Assembly: GCA_038496445.1 (NCBI GenBank)
Contig: JALMLS010000228.1
Location: 186,001 to 250,000, forward strand
DNA: 64,000 nt
From: Trichosphaerium sp. ATCC 40318
Taxonomy: Eukaryota > Protista > Tubulinea
Direction of reading: 5' to 3'
In this document: positions 1 to 13,934 of the stretch, piece by piece
Layout: every line of letters begins with the position of its first letter
How positions within the stretch are numbered: position 1 is the stretch's first letter
Made by a program: the position numbers and the translations under genes
The notes under the pieces: generated by a model
Told to the model about the DNA's origin: nothing
Database searches by the model: none
What the model saw: only the letters and a program-made list of their open reading frames with translations

Positions 1-2860
1 CTCTCTTTGCGGCTGCTTCGTTTCTCTTCATTATGAGCTCCATTGCTGCCCGAGTATCTTGTGTAACACCATGAACCTCTTTAATTGTAATACGTTCGAT
101 TTCCATGCCGTTAGCTTCTATGACGTAAGCTGGAGCAACAGGATCATCAGGGTTGCTTGATTTTTTGGCTACAACAATCCGTAAGAAGAAATGTTAAACT
201 ACAAGGTCTCCACAACTTACGTCTTAATTCTACTGAAGACACATTCTTGTAGAAATCCCTTAATGTCATGGTTGCAATTTTACTTGTCACTAAATCTTTG
301 AAGACATTCTCAAGCTCCTATTAAAGAAAGATATTAACGATAAATTCTGCTTGACGCAACGACGAAAATCATACTGTTGTGATGAATGGACGGCTGAATA
401 ACTTGAATAGGTTTTCTTGGTCCACCTTGAAACTCCATGTAACCATAGCATTAATGGTTAGTTGGTGGTTATCAACAGTTGTTGCTTTTCCGGAAAAATT
501 AAACTGAGATGGTCCCAAGGGAAGGTTGTTTGATTCGAAACCTTGGAAATGAACTTTCACTGGTTCTTCGAAAGGTTTGGTTATGACCTTTGAAGGCCCA
601 AACTCGACTCTCGAAGTATTAGCTCCTTTATCAAATAACATCATTGCTTCGTTTGGCTTTAGATCATATGATACAGCCATTGCAGATTCAGGATTGCTTG
701 CTTCTTGTTGATCTCTGTTTTTTGAAAAAACACACGTGTTAGCATCAAAACATAGAAATGATGATGGATGATAGGTTTCGTACTTTTTAGACCATAATTC
801 CTCGTCAACATCTGGTATAAACGAACAACTTCCTTCTATTAACTTGATATCGCCAGTTGTTTTATTTCTTACGTAGATGCCGTTTTCAACCTAATTTTTT
901 GGTAAGAATAAACGGAGAAAATAAAGTGTCTTCAAGTACCAGTATGCTCTTATGCGTTTCCTCAACACCAACGTTGACTTCCGGGATATATCTCGCTGGG
1001 CCTAAAAGAAGTTTTGGTAAGGTAAAAAATAAGTTGTATTTTTTTTTGTAAAATTGTTACCTCTTATCATCCATCTTTCTCCTGCTTTTCTCTCGACTTT
1101 GTTATCTACACAGTCCCGTTTAGCGACTAGCGTAAGAGCTTCATCACTGGCTATAGTATACACAACCATTTTACGTTCTTCAGCAAGAGATTCATGAGGT
1201 TGTAAAAAAAAGCTACAAGGTCCTTCCATAACTTTTGTCTTTGAAATATCATTTGTGCGTTTCTCCATGTCTCTAACATTTTGGATAATACAATACTGAT
1301 TTCTATTTACGTTTATCTTTTCTACAACGTTAACAATCTCTTCATGGACATCTTCAATATGGGACGCTGACTCTGAATATGAAGCAGTTAGTTCAAAGTG
1401 TATACTCAGAAAAAATAAGTTGTGTACCATTAAAAGTCACCAACCACTCTTCTCCTTCCTGTCTTTCATTACCGTACACATCCACAAATTCTTTCTTTGC
1501 TCTCAAATGAAGTGCAGTGTTCTCACGTAAAATCTAAAGTAAAGATAAGTAATTCACTCTTGGCTATCAACTTGTTGTTTGCGTACTATCGCTTTGACAA
1601 CTTTTATTACTTGTTCATAAGGTTCAGGAATAAATGATCCTTTACCAGCTCGCATATACATATCTCCAGCAGCGTGGGTGCGCACCTCGTCTAAAAAAAA
1701 TGTTAAGAATAAAACAAGAACGTAAGTAGCTTTATCACTTACTTCCTTCTTCATCAGTAGTGAGTACATCATGCAACGTTCGTAGCAAAACAGCTTCGTG
1801 TTCGCCAACAATAATAGCTGTTTTCTTTCCTGTTATTGCTTCCTCAACACGTGGCATATACGTCCCTGGGCCCTATTGACAAGGTATTAATGGGAGAGAT
1901 GTTACTGCAAAAAAAAATATAAATAACGTACTCTGAATAGTCGTTCGTCGCCAGCTTTTGTAGAATCAAAGTTTACTTCAGCCCTTATTTGCAACGCTTC
2001 GTTAGGCCCAATAGTTATCAATTTAAAGATTTTATCGTCTACTATGACTTCTCCCGGGTACAGAGGAAATGGATCTTGAGTGTGTCTAATTTCACGCTCA
2101 CCATGCCTTATTGCAACTTGTTTCTTGTCATCTGAATCCTATTAACAAAACTCATGACAATAGACACTAGCTTACCGAAAAGAATATCACCTTTCTCATT
2201 TCTGCAAACAGGGTTCTCGATGATACAATAGTGTTGTGGAGGTACAACTATCATCGGATGTGGACCATCAACAATGTCAAGTAGATTGTTTCTAAATATT
2301 TCTATCAGATTTTTGCACTCACAGTTTCCATTCGCACGTGATATTAATTGTTTTGGGTCCTATTTCTACTGTTGTAACAAGAGAATCGTTGTTGACCACA
2401 TGCACGTATCTAAAAGAACATATTACACTTCATAGCTTCTGCGAATGAAAAAAAAAAAAACGTACTCGTAAGGTCGAAGATTGATGTGCGTGTTTGTAAC
2501 TTTGGAGAGCGCTCGCTTCCCTGAAAGATTTCTAGAGTTTAGATCTTGAACCAGTCGTGTAAGCTGATTGTTTGAAGATCTTCCAGTGGCCTCTTGACTA
2601 GATGAAGTTGCAGAAACAACATTTGTAGCTTCTTTTGAATCTACTTTTGCTGGAGTATCTGAGGGCGTGCTTGAGCTCTCTTTAGAGAGTTTTTCAAGTT
2701 CCTTGAGAAGCTTTACTTTGCTGCCTGTTCTAGCGAGGCCATATTTTGAACACACGTCCTTCAATTGCTAGAAAAGGATCTTTGGTAAGTGTGACAAAAT
2801 ACAACCATTTTAACGCACTGGAATGGTCATTTTCTTTAGATCTGTCATGGTATGCGACAT
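1..2860 (-). CDS. MVP: Major vault protein-like with N-terminal SAP domain (multi-exon, 3' end runs off window)
   Basis: Spliced exons give vault repeats (PMIVVPPQHYCIIENPV, RHGEREIRHTQDPFPLYPGE, GPGTYMPRVEE, RKAGERWMIRG) and a shoulder-like region. The first exons give MTDLKKMTIP-QLKDVCSKYGLARTGSKVKLLKEL (SAP motif). Start is ATG 2860 or 2848. Confidence 0.9.
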
Positions 2861-3441
2861 AAACCTATACGTCACACGTGTGGTATCAAAGTTCTGTAAA
2901 ATAGTGTCAACTCAAAAAATTTACAATTGAGAAGCAGTGTCAGGAAGACTTTCAAGTTGGTACCTTTACGTTTTGTATTGATGTAGCAGATAGCGTTGAT
3001 CTAGCAACACGGCGTTGCGAAGAGGCTTGAGTTCGTCTAGTTCCGTACTTTAAAGCTCGAACAAGCATGTTTCTTATGTACGTGAGTTTACAGTTTTCAA
3101 ATATCAACGAATTGAACTCAACGATTAAGTTGTGTAACATACCTTAAAGGCTCGGGATAACAATCATTGAATCAAACCAGAAGTGCTTCCCCATCCAAAA
3201 GTAGATTTTGGGATATTTATCACGTTAGTGATACCCAAAGGGGTATGTTTACGACCTTAATTAAGCTTTTTACGGCAGGTGTTAAGTTACGAGCTCAAAG
3301 ATGCATCATGCATTGAAACGTAGTTCTTAGTATGTGTGAGGAAGCCATGATCATCTACTTTAAGAGGGTGGAGTGGTTACTTTGGTCGAACCTACAGCGG
3401 CCTTTTTTTTGGTAATGGTGATATAATTAAATAAGTTGTTT

Positions 3442-4052
3442 TTATTTTTTTTCTTCTTTTTTCAAAAAATACTTAATTAACGTCATTTCAACAAAAGATT
3501 TTACTCCTGGATCATCTCCCATATTATAAGAAACGAGTACGTTCTTCTTTATACGTTTACCTAGTAATAATATATCATGAGAAGCCGTAAAAAGAGAGAA
3601 AAAAAAGCAAAATTTTATCTCATTTTGACACATTGCATACCGACACGTCTTGACAGTTGCTCTCCTAAACCACCTCTTTTACCCATAAGTGTTGATGTAT
3701 CAGCTGTAGAAGATAAAGCACCAAGCGTAAGAGCTATGTTTCCAAAAGAACCTTCTTCCGTTCCAACCCACACAAAATACGATGCATCAAGGGAATAGAC
3801 CATAAAAAAAACGTTCTAACTGGTTTTAAGCAACATACAGTCTTTGCGTACTAAATGTTTACCTGCTGTTCAAACGACGCTCTAGGGTACTAATAAGCAG
3901 CGAATTTAACCGTTTAGGCGTACTTCCAATGTTCAACAGTGTTTTTGCTTGGTAACAATTCTACTGGAGTCGTAGATGCGTTTTTGGCTTCTGGTTTATC
4001 TACAAAACGATTACGCAACGTATAACTGTAATAAATCGTAACTTGGTTCCAT
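3442..4052 (-). CDS. PSMG4: Proteasome assembly chaperone 4-like (multi-exon)
   Basis: Spliced: ...WKASFEQQNVFFMVYSLDASYFVWVG...FGNIALTL...STLMG...LSRRVGKRIKKNVLVSYNM...VEMTLIKYF, matching the PAC4 pattern. Confidence 0.8.
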
Positions 4053-4342
4053 TGTACTCTTGAGCGTTTCCAACTGAATGCCGTTCTTGGTCAACTTAAT
4101 GCAAAAAAAAACATCACTGCTTTTTTCAACTAATTTCCGTGTTGCAAGGCACAAAGAAATTATGTCACGTGATTATAAAAACACTTTGTTGTTAACTTTA
4201 AAGGTCTTCAATAAGCATATCCTTACAGATTCGCACACGAATCATTTATGCTTGTTTTTTATTTACTGTACAACTTTGTTTAATAAACGAACCCAAAAAA
4301 GAAACTTCTTTTTCTGTTCTTTGTTTTTCGTCATTACTCTTC

Positions 4343-7300
4343 TTAGGCCACTGGTAACTCAGGTTTAGGGCGTTTACCAGCACCAACAACTCGTTTTGTC
4401 TTTGGTTGGGGTGATTTCGCATGAACAATAGGAGAACCAAGACCAACAATTTTTTCCAAAGGAACTTTTTGAAACATAGTGTGAATAGCCTTGCGATGTT
4501 TCCTACGCATAGGATAACTATCCATAATCCTAAAAGCCTCTACTAGATTCTCTGGATCACTGAATAACTCCGAATTATGAATTCTAAGCCTATCAAAGAA
4601 ACCATCAATAACCACAAAAACAACAACTTGATCCAAAAAAAAAAAAAATCGAAAATCAAATAAGTCATCCACGTTTTCTCAAATCAAATTGGTGACGTGT
4701 TTGTAATATTTTGGAATAAAAAATAATCACGTGCTTTTCCAAGTTAGGCATCGCTTCCTTATCCGCTGTAACACCATTGCAAAGATTACGCAAAGTATAA
4801 AATAACTCTTCCTTTGGAGATGATTTAGGATCAACATCTTTATCAATAGCTGCTGTGCGTTTTTGTGTAGGTAATGTATTTTTAACACTCGGTAGTTGCC
4901 AAAATTTTATATCAGACAGACTAGGAGGTAAAGCAACCTTCGTATTTAAATCACTTGGACACTCCCACCTTTAAAAAAATCATTAAAAAAAGACATCAAG
5001 CATACCGAAGGCTAAGTCCTTTTATACGTATTTAAACTTACCCTTTGTCTTTAAGGAATGAACGACCTTTCTTATGGCCAGCAAATAACGAAATCGCGTA
5101 ATACCCAGTTCTACAAAGTGGACATGAACAAAACAACACTTGATTTTTTAGATGTAAAGTTAGGCTTTTTTTGTAAACCAAAAAATTGCTACGCACCCTC
5201 GCAATGAGAGGCTCTTTCCTTTTGTTGCAGTGCTCATGATTGGAGATAATGCATTACCCGCTTGTAGAAGTGCAAATCCGGTAGCTGAAGAACCAATATG
5301 ACCCTTCAAGTTGTCAGCAAGGGAGAGGAAGAAAAAACGATGGTTATGCCGCGTGACGGAAGAACAAAAAATATCAACATACAAGTGCCCAAACAATTGA
5401 CCGTTTCTTCAATCGTGATGCTTTCTTTGACTTCAAGGACTTAAGGAACTTTGCAATAACATTAGCTGATTTTATAGCTTCACAACCCTCGTTTGTTTTC
5501 GCCAACTCGCCTTCAAAAAAAGTTAGTCTCAAAACAAATATCTCAATATAAAAAAAAAGACTTCATGTGTACCAAACAAGTGTGGAGGCAAATACAAGTC
5601 TGAATCATTAAATCTACATATATGTGTTAAAGGCGCGGATATTATACAGTTGTACTGAAGATACTCAAAAAGGGTGTTGGTCCACAAATGTAAAAATATT
5701 TTGGACCCAATAACATTTCTTTTTAATATAGTACCTTGATTCTCGTCTCATAGATTTACCACCAGTATTATAAGCACGTCCAAGAGCTTTCCATAACTCA
5801 GCCTATAAAGAAAAACTTAAAAACTAGCCACAAACACCAGAAGACAACAAAAACGATAAAATAAGTCACGCAAAATAAAGAAAAAAAATTACCTCCAAGT
5901 TTTTGGTATACGTCTCATTCTTTTGTTTAATCCACAACTCAATTTGAGTAGTAATAAACTTTTCCTGCTCTAGAATCTTAAACCCAGTAGTACATGATAA
6001 GAAACGCATAGTAAGCCTTAAACCGTCTTCATTAAGCTTATCAAGGTCAGGTTTTTGACCAACAATCATTTCAAGGCAAGAAGGATAATCAGCAGCCTCA
6101 TCCAAAATGGATAATGCCAAGTTACGAATCTTGCTCTCAGAATCGTTTAACTTTGAACATAAAGCAATAATACCCCACTCTCTAAAGCTGTATACATTCG
6201 TACGAAGTAGTACACGTAAGTGTCTGACTGCTAGGTAACGAACAACAGCGGATTTAGAATCAACAACAGTCGATAAAATAGCACGTGAGTCTTCGGCTCT
6301 AAACAGGTTGTAAATACGACCAAGTGTCAAGAGAATGATCTAGAAAGGGTTCCTTACTTGTTGTTGTAATCTAAGCAAGTAAGAATTAATGAAGTGAGAT
6401 CATTTCTATCCTCCTTGCTAGAAAGTTCTTTAAGGTTTTTAAACATTGAATTTTTACGAAGAATCTCAATGCCTTCCTCATAACGAGACAGTACACCAAG
6501 AATTGTAAAATACTCCTTTGCCATTGTCTTTAGAACCTATGTAAACGTATAAACAAAAAATAAAGTACATCAAGTAGAAGAGAGTGAAGATTTTGTCTAT
6601 GAATACGTACACTTTCAGGAGAGAAGATGCCTTCCTTTTGTTTTCTATTCGATTTATGACGTTCTTTGGTTTCATGTGATACCATACTTGCCAGTTCCCC
6701 AATAATACCACTTCCGGCGAGGAATACACGACCTTCAGAGTGCTGACAAAGAACTTCCATAACCTACACAACAAAAAGTAAGATGCTGACCGATACAATA
6801 ATAAAAAAAATACAAGAAACACTTCAATTAATGTACACATACCTGACATGCAACACGAACATATATAAGATTATCATGACTCCAAGATATAGAACAGAAT
6901 AGTTTCTACCACAAATAAGGTAAGATACATGAAGAAAGATATAAGGTTCCAACAAAACAAAACAAAACTGCAGTTATGTACCTTGCTTGGTTTCAAGAAA
7001 TTAATTAGTTTCTTGAAGAACCCGGTTGACAAAGAATATGTCAAATGAACAGGATTTCTCATAGGACCAGCTAATATCTCTGATACTAATTCCCAATCCC
7101 ACTTTTGGTATTCTTTTGTTTGAGTCACTTGCGTCTCTCTTAGTTTATTCGCAAAAGTTTCTTGATTAATATTCCATTCCATTTTTTGTCTTACAACTGA
7201 TATTCTATCCGCATGGCTATCAACATCTTGTAGAAGTAATGACATATGAAACCCAATCCCAGAGTTTCTAAAAAAATTATAAGAACAGAATAATACGCCA

Positions 7301-9509
7301 GAGTTAAAGAGAAAAGAAGCAATGCAAACCAAAAAAAAAGACAAGTTCTTTTTTTGTACAAAAGAATGTACACATTCGTACCGTAGGCTGACGTTGCATT
7401 TGTTTGTGTACTGATGAAGCTGTGATACCATTAATGCTGCTTGAGACCGAGCAAGCGCTGAACCATGAAATAAAGTCGCTTTGGCTACAAGAGAAGGAAG
7501 TTGTTGAACATTACCACTTGTAACAGAAGGTAGTAATTTACTACTTAAAAACAACAACTCTCCCAATAGAACAGTAATCTAAAAAACACATGAGAATCAT
7601 CAAAACACCAAAGGAAGCGATTTAGGCTCATCAGAGTTCCAAAGATGAAGAAAAAATCGAGATTGTAAAAACGAGTTCAACAGCAAATGGATGAGAATCA
7701 TTACCCGTTCTCGGAGTGCAGGTGCTTCTATAGCATCAAGTTCATCTTGATCACCACTAGAAAGTGAGTTCCCGCAGTTTACAAGTTGCTATACAATAAA
7801 TAAGATGAAACGAAAACTTGCTGTTAAAAAGAGCGTACGGCAAACAGTCCTGCCTCAATGAATGTCTGTAATAGTACTGCAAGGTAGTTATGTGTTAAAC
7901 TATGTTGATTCTGCCTTGTTTTCGAAGGGATATCATACTCTAAGTCAATGCTACTAGACAATAAGAACAAGCAATCGGACGAGAAATGGTACACTATTTC
8001 CGACGAATCACAACATACCTAAGTGTACTAAGATCACTAGGCGGAATCTCATATTCCACAGCGAATGGATCTACCCCAACTTTAGGTTCAATCAATCCGA
8101 ATATCTCAAACAACATCTGTACAACATAACCCTAAAACCAGTCGTAAGTAAAAAGAAAAAAAAAACAACTTGAAGTTTGGAAACTGTTGCTCACCTTTAG
8201 TTGATTATCAGGCGTATCTAAGGCACTGACAATGCCCTTGAAACCTGTAGAACTACTTGCAAAATGATAAATTCCAGCCCAAGTACGTAAGAGCATAGAT
8301 ACAGCGGAAGTAGACATTTTCCATTTTCTAACAACTGAGCTGCACTCTTTAGCGCGACCCTTCGCCTTGAGAGCCATACAATACCCTGAATCCATTATAG
8401 GATTCATAACATACTAAACCAAAATATTAAATAAAAAATAATTAAATCACGTGACTAGACATACCTGTAAGTCAAAATTTGGATTAACATGTGATCTTGA
8501 ATCTACATCATCCAAAACATGAGCCAAAGCAATTACGATTGTCTCCTGAAGAAACCGAGCTCTATCATCCAAAAGTGTTTCAAGAAGTAGGTCTGTAGTT
8601 GCTGATGACCTACAGATAGAAGGAGCAATAATAACTTAAGAAAGGAGTAAGCCACAGCCACGCCAAAAAAGAACGGGAAAAAAATAAATGGTGAGAAAAA
8701 AATAATGATTACCAAGCTCAATGATCATGTGTAGTGCTGCCCATCTCAAAGGTTCTTTTTCATCATCTCTTGCGATAGCAATAAGAGTAAATACCCAAAT
8801 ACGAGGAACATCATTAGGACATGAAAGCGCTGCTTCACGAATTACTTTTAAAGTCTCTATACTCTCCACTTTCGTTACGTTCTTTCGTTCTAGGCACCTA
8901 AATAGCAACAATAGGTTGTTAATAATGAAGCCAATACAATTAGAACCTAAGAAACACAAAAAGGCAAGTGTGAGCCGAAAAACAAGGAATGTCTTTTCAA
9001 ATGAGCCGAAAAGTGTTTTCTGTTTACATTTATATTATCGAGTGATGCTCGTACGTACCGAGATACAAAGAAATGGATGTTGTAGTGTTTGACAATTTCA
9101 ATAGACGCTGTTTTTTTTATGAAATACCTCAATACGCGTAGGGCTGTTGTTCGTAGCGTCGTGGACTTATGTACGAGGTAATTTGCTATACTGTGACACG
9201 TTAATTTGTAAATGCTTGTTTCTCGTGCCTTTCAGCTACTAGATCCCTTGTGCGATTGCCCGGTGTATCGAAGGGGTTATCGGTGTCCCGCAAGTGTGTG
9301 CACAAGCTGTTGAGTGAGTCAAGCTTCTCCGTTAGAGACTTTGTTTGTGAAGATAGTACAGCGAACGTGCGCTCGATTTTACCTATAGGAGATATTAACG
9401 GGATTATAACACTGCAAAATAAAATAGCGCCTAATTTATACTGCGGACTACAGTGTGGTGCGTTTAATAGGTTAAAAAAGTGCCTTACTTGGTCCAACAA
9501 AAGAACCAT
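4343..9509 (-). CDS. RICTOR: Rictor (TORC2 subunit), many exons
   Basis: Motifs LLRTWAGI, TKEYQKWDWELVSEIL.GP, YLPPHLFGELAKTNEGC, GHIGSSATG, SLRGTGYYAISL. The C-terminal exon ELFSDPENLVEAFRIMDSYPMRRKHRKAIHTMF matches the Rictor C-terminus and joins through a GC-AG intron at 4590-4734. Confidence 0.92.
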
Positions 9510-9705
9510 CTACTGCTCGCCCTCTTTCAAGGTGAGGTGGTATTGTAGACATTTCTACACTAAGCGATCAAGCCATTTTAGCCATCCTTTAGCTATAAAG
9601 GCAACTATTTAGTCAATTCACTTCAGTAATTTATTCAAGTACACAGTAACTAGCAACGGTTTACTAGCAATAGGTGTAGTTCCGTTATATTTTGCAGGCG
9701 GTACG

Positions 9706-11417
9706 ATGGAGGATGAATCAAAGAAATTAGAAAGTATTCTTGGGCAATCTATAGCAGATGACGAGGAAGAGAGCGCGTTGGATCAGTCTGTGGAGATAAG
9801 GGAAAGCAATGATATTTCGATGGAAAAGAGTTACAGGGACTCTAAATCACCGAAACCTGTGACAAATTCGAAAAGTGAGCCACGTAGAGCACGCTCAGAG
9901 TCACCTAGGCGAACCAGGTCAAGTGAACGAAGATCTGATACAAAGCGTCGTGAGACGAAAATAAGCCCAGAGCGAGGTCACAGAAGCAAGAAGGAGCGCT
10001 ATTTTGTAATGAAGAGCTATAATCTAGAGAATTTAGTCCATTCTATTAACCATGGCATCTGGGCAACCCAACAACACAACGAAAAAAAGCTTTGTGACGC
10101 CTTCAGAGTATGCATACAATAACCATCATTATTGCACTTCATAATATTTCAAAAAACTCAACGCATTTTTAATGGTAGACATCAAAAGAGGTGATTCTGG
10201 TTTTTTCAGTTAACAACAGCCGTCACTTCCAAGGCTATGGGAAAATGATGTCGACAATAACAAGAAAAAGAGACAGGGGATGGGAGGTATCAGAGTCTGG
10301 AAAGGCACCTTGGGGACACACATTTAAGCTCCAATGGCTTCGCTTGTATCTTTTTTTTTTTTTTTTCAACTTTTTTTTTTACAACTTCGGTTCAAAACAA
10401 CCTTAACTCTCCAAAGATATGAGCTACCCTTCCAAGAGACGATGCATTTACATAATCCACTTAATGAGAACAAACCTGTCAAGAGATCCCGTGATGGTCA
10501 GGAACTGACTGCTGAAGTTGCTCTTGCGCTTTGTAAATTAATAGATGAGGGCGCTAAGAGGGACGAAAAGAAGAAAAAGTACGTGTAAAGCAAGTAGTTG
10601 GCCGTTCACTGAAACTGAAAGCTCTGCATAGTTTTTTTTTTTCTTTTTTGCCGCGTGGCGTTCTAACATAACTCACAGGAAATACTCTATTCCTAAGAAG
10701 CCTGTGACGCCACCAAGGGATGATAGTGACAGAAGAAAGCCAGTTAAGCGACCACGACGGGAAGAAGATCAAAGACGTCCTAGACGTGATGAAAGACCTC
10801 GCACACCGCCTAGAAAACGTGAACCAAGACCTCGGTCGCCAGCGAGAAGTAAAAGGTAAGATATTATATCGTTTCATTCCTAAGGCTAACTTTTCTTGTA
10901 GAGCTTCCTATCCTCCTTCTTCTCGGAGTGATAGGCATAAGCAAGATGGTGGACGCAGTTGGCCAGATGCAAGACGCAGAGATTCGAGGGATTCGAGGGA
11001 TTCAAGGGATACAAGGGATTCGAGGGATTCAAGGGATTCAAGGGATTCAAGGGATTCGAGGGATTCGAGAGATGCGAGAGATGCAAGAGATAGAGATATG
11101 AGGCAACAGATGCCGGTAAGAATTTATTGTTATTTATATTCGTCCTTTTCATTTCTTCTTTTTTTAACTTGTATCAGCCATATGAAGCTGATTATCGCTA
11201 TGCTCGCGATCCTTGGTCAATGTCATATGACCCTGCTATGCTGTCAGCTTGGTATGGATATTATACTCCAGATTTCTATGGCGCTGCTCCTCCACCTCCA
11301 AGGGATCGTTACAGACCTCCAGATGGCCGTGATTACAGAGATTATGGCAGGCCTAGTCGTGATTATAATAGAGATGGTCATAGAGATAGACCAAGGGAGA
11401 GAAGACGATACAATTAA
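9706..11417 (+). CDS. YTH-domain m6A-reader protein (YTHDC1-like) with RS/RD low-complexity regions
   Basis: RYFVMKSYNLENLVHSINHGIWATQQHNEKKL, ILVFSVNNSRHFQGYGKM, NPLNENKPVKRSRDGQEL. Confidence 0.92.
10978..11090 (+). repeat. 9-bp coding minisatellite (AGGGATTCR)n encoding RDS/RDA repeats
   Basis: About 12 tandem units visible; translation RDSRDSRDSRDTRDS...RDARDARD. Confidence 0.9.
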
Positions 11418-12092
11418 CGAAGGAAGAAAAGAAAAGAACACGAGATTTTTTTTTGATGTTTTTTTTTTTGAAAAATTTGTTTTGAATGGACACTTCTCTT
11501 CTCCTCTCTTCTTTGCAAAAGTACATTGCGTGGAGTATAATATTGGCTATTATTGCATATTTGTATACAACAACATGAATGTCAAAAATAATGAAGCAGA
11601 GATTTAAAAAAAAGAAACTTGTGATTTGATAATCGAGGCTGACAAAAGGGAGAAAAAAAGATAATATGGGGATAATTTTTTTTTAATTTTTAAAGGTTGC
11701 TTACTCTCTACATGCCTCTCACCTTTTGGTTGGATGTAATTATGATCATATATATACATATATAAACTATTAATCAGGGCAGGGCTGCGTTTCTAGTAAA
11801 TATTGGTCTACAAGAACACTTCCAAAAAAAAAAAAAGACTTCGTAAAAAAAAAAAAGAAAAAAAAAGAGTTGTTGTCGTTTTTTAACCATCTAGGATAGG
11901 TTGAAACCCAAAAAGTCCACCACATATAGATGAAAACTAGAGGTACATAATACTGATATTAGCTTAGGGTTATGTGGGGTTTTTTTATTGATACTTCATT
12001 AAACGTGATTTTTTTTTCATTCTTTTATTTTTTTCTTTGTACAATTTAGGTGTGTCAATAAAGAATCAACACTGCTCATTTTGTTCCTTGTT

Positions 12093-13691
12093 TCAATCTA
12101 TAAAGATATTTGGATAAAATACAATACCTTCAAAAGAATCATCCCTACACAATAATCCAGCTCTTTCAGCGGCCTGTTAAACATTAGTACGAGTAGGGAA
12201 TAAAACAAAAAACGCTTTACCTCACAAATTTCCATTGCGATTACCAGTGGCATTGATAATTTCTCAGCAATGGAAAAAGCTGTAGCTGGTCCATTATCTT
12301 TTAGGTCATTTGCAACATTAACACAAGCCTCCTCTTCATCATAATTGCCTTTTGAATTGTCAAAAAAAACAAGTAAATTTTTTTTGGTTTTTGGTTTCTG
12401 CAGCGACTGCCCTTATAAAAAAAACCCTACGTACGTGATTGAATAGCCATAACACCTGAAGAAAATCTCTTGAATTGCATAGGTAAGTCAAGTTTTTCGA
12501 ATAACCGAGCAGCAGACAATAAATCATTTGGTGAAATTTGCTCTAAAAAAAAACCATTTTAGCCAAAAGTAAACTATGAGTACTCATGTTTTTACATGTG
12601 TTGAGTCTTGTTGTTTGCTAGATCCGAAAAAAAAATACTATATTTCATTGTATACCTGTTCCTCTTGCTCTGTTATAAATGCAATATACATCAGTGAGTG
12701 ACATAATGCCAGAACCGTTCTTCATTTTTCTCATCAAAACATCACAAAGTTGCCTTGCTACCTCTTCATGAAACGCACTTCCAGCAGATTTCCTATATGC
12801 TTTCGTAAGTTCAACATAGTTTGCTAATTATCAATAACTCATAGCGTCAAAAAACTAAAAACAAAACACAAACATCAGAAACAACATTCAACCCAACAAA
12901 ATTCCTATTTTTTTCTTACTTTGTTACTGGCGATGCAATACCAATATCCTCCAGCATTTCTTGCATCTGTCCATCACCAGCCCATCTGTTAGCTATACCA
13001 ACAAGTTCTTTAGCATTTGCCATCAAAGCGTCTATATCTGTAAAAGCTTCTTTGACAGCAGTAGCAACAGCTTCTTTGTTTTCTTCAGCCCTTCTAGTCA
13101 AACCGGCTTTATTTTTGTCAGTATCGCTTAGAATCGCCCGAAAACATATGTCGTACATAGACCAGCCTTCGCTGTATCGAATTCTTGTACAGCAACCTTG
13201 TTTGGTTTCTTTTGTACCTATTTGGGTTTGTAAACGGTTTTTTTTTATTAATTGAGTGTATACCCATGACCTTGCTTTCACGACGCCCTCAAGGCACTCT
13301 ATAAATTGTTCACGGTCATTCTTCGTGAATTTAACCTCTATTACCTTAGAAACGCCTATAATCGCTATAAGTACTCTTGGCGGTGCGCAAACGCTTACCT
13401 CGTAGATAAATCAACAACGATATTGGTTTTGACCAAAAACTTGCTCTCTTGGCTTCAAATTTGTCTATTCTCTTCAAATCTAAACCGTACAACTGCGAGG
13501 CAGAGTTTTCTTCATAAAGTAAACGATGTGTGGTTAGACGCAAAGTTCCCGGTCCTGGTTTCATTAAAACATCATTGCTGGGCTGTTGTACCATTTTGCC
13601 CCTCAAAATGAACACCACGAGATATCAATACTTCAATTTCATCAGCATGCAGTTTAGGTCTACCAGAGGAGCTACGCGGCACCGATTTCAT
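12093..13691 (-). CDS. VPS36: ESCRT-II subunit VPS36/EAP45 (multi-exon)
   Basis: MKSVPRSSSGRPKLHADE...GTLRLTTHRL (GLUE domain), EAFTDIDALMANAKELV, IGIASPVTK, YCIYNRARGTEQISPNDLL, LCRDDSFEGIVFYPNIF. Confidence 0.92.
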
Positions 13692-13934
13692 CGTCAGGTA
13701 CAGAAAATGAGTCGCAGTGCGTCAAAATGTCGAAAAACGTCAATTTTGAAAACAAAACTTTGATATTCTTGTAACACGTGATCAGCATAAGTCGTTTTGC
13801 AGTACAGGGTCGGATCTAGTGTTTAAAGTATTAAAGGTGAGTATTGACAAATAGAATCTGTCATTGAGAACAACAAAACGTTCGATAGTCAACATAAACA
13901 CGAGACAATCTTAACTAAAAGGAGAATTTATTGT

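Noticed and set aside
3139-3170. U2 or U12 snRNA 5' end (ATACCTT...)
   Set aside because: No GTAGTA or GTAAGGA branch-recognition sequence follows.
4343-4672. Independent small gene from the ORF track
   Set aside because: It is the last exon of Rictor, joined by a GC-AG intron.
10978-11090. CRISPR-like or non-coding repeat array
   Set aside because: Spacer-less 9-bp coding repeat in a eukaryotic exon.
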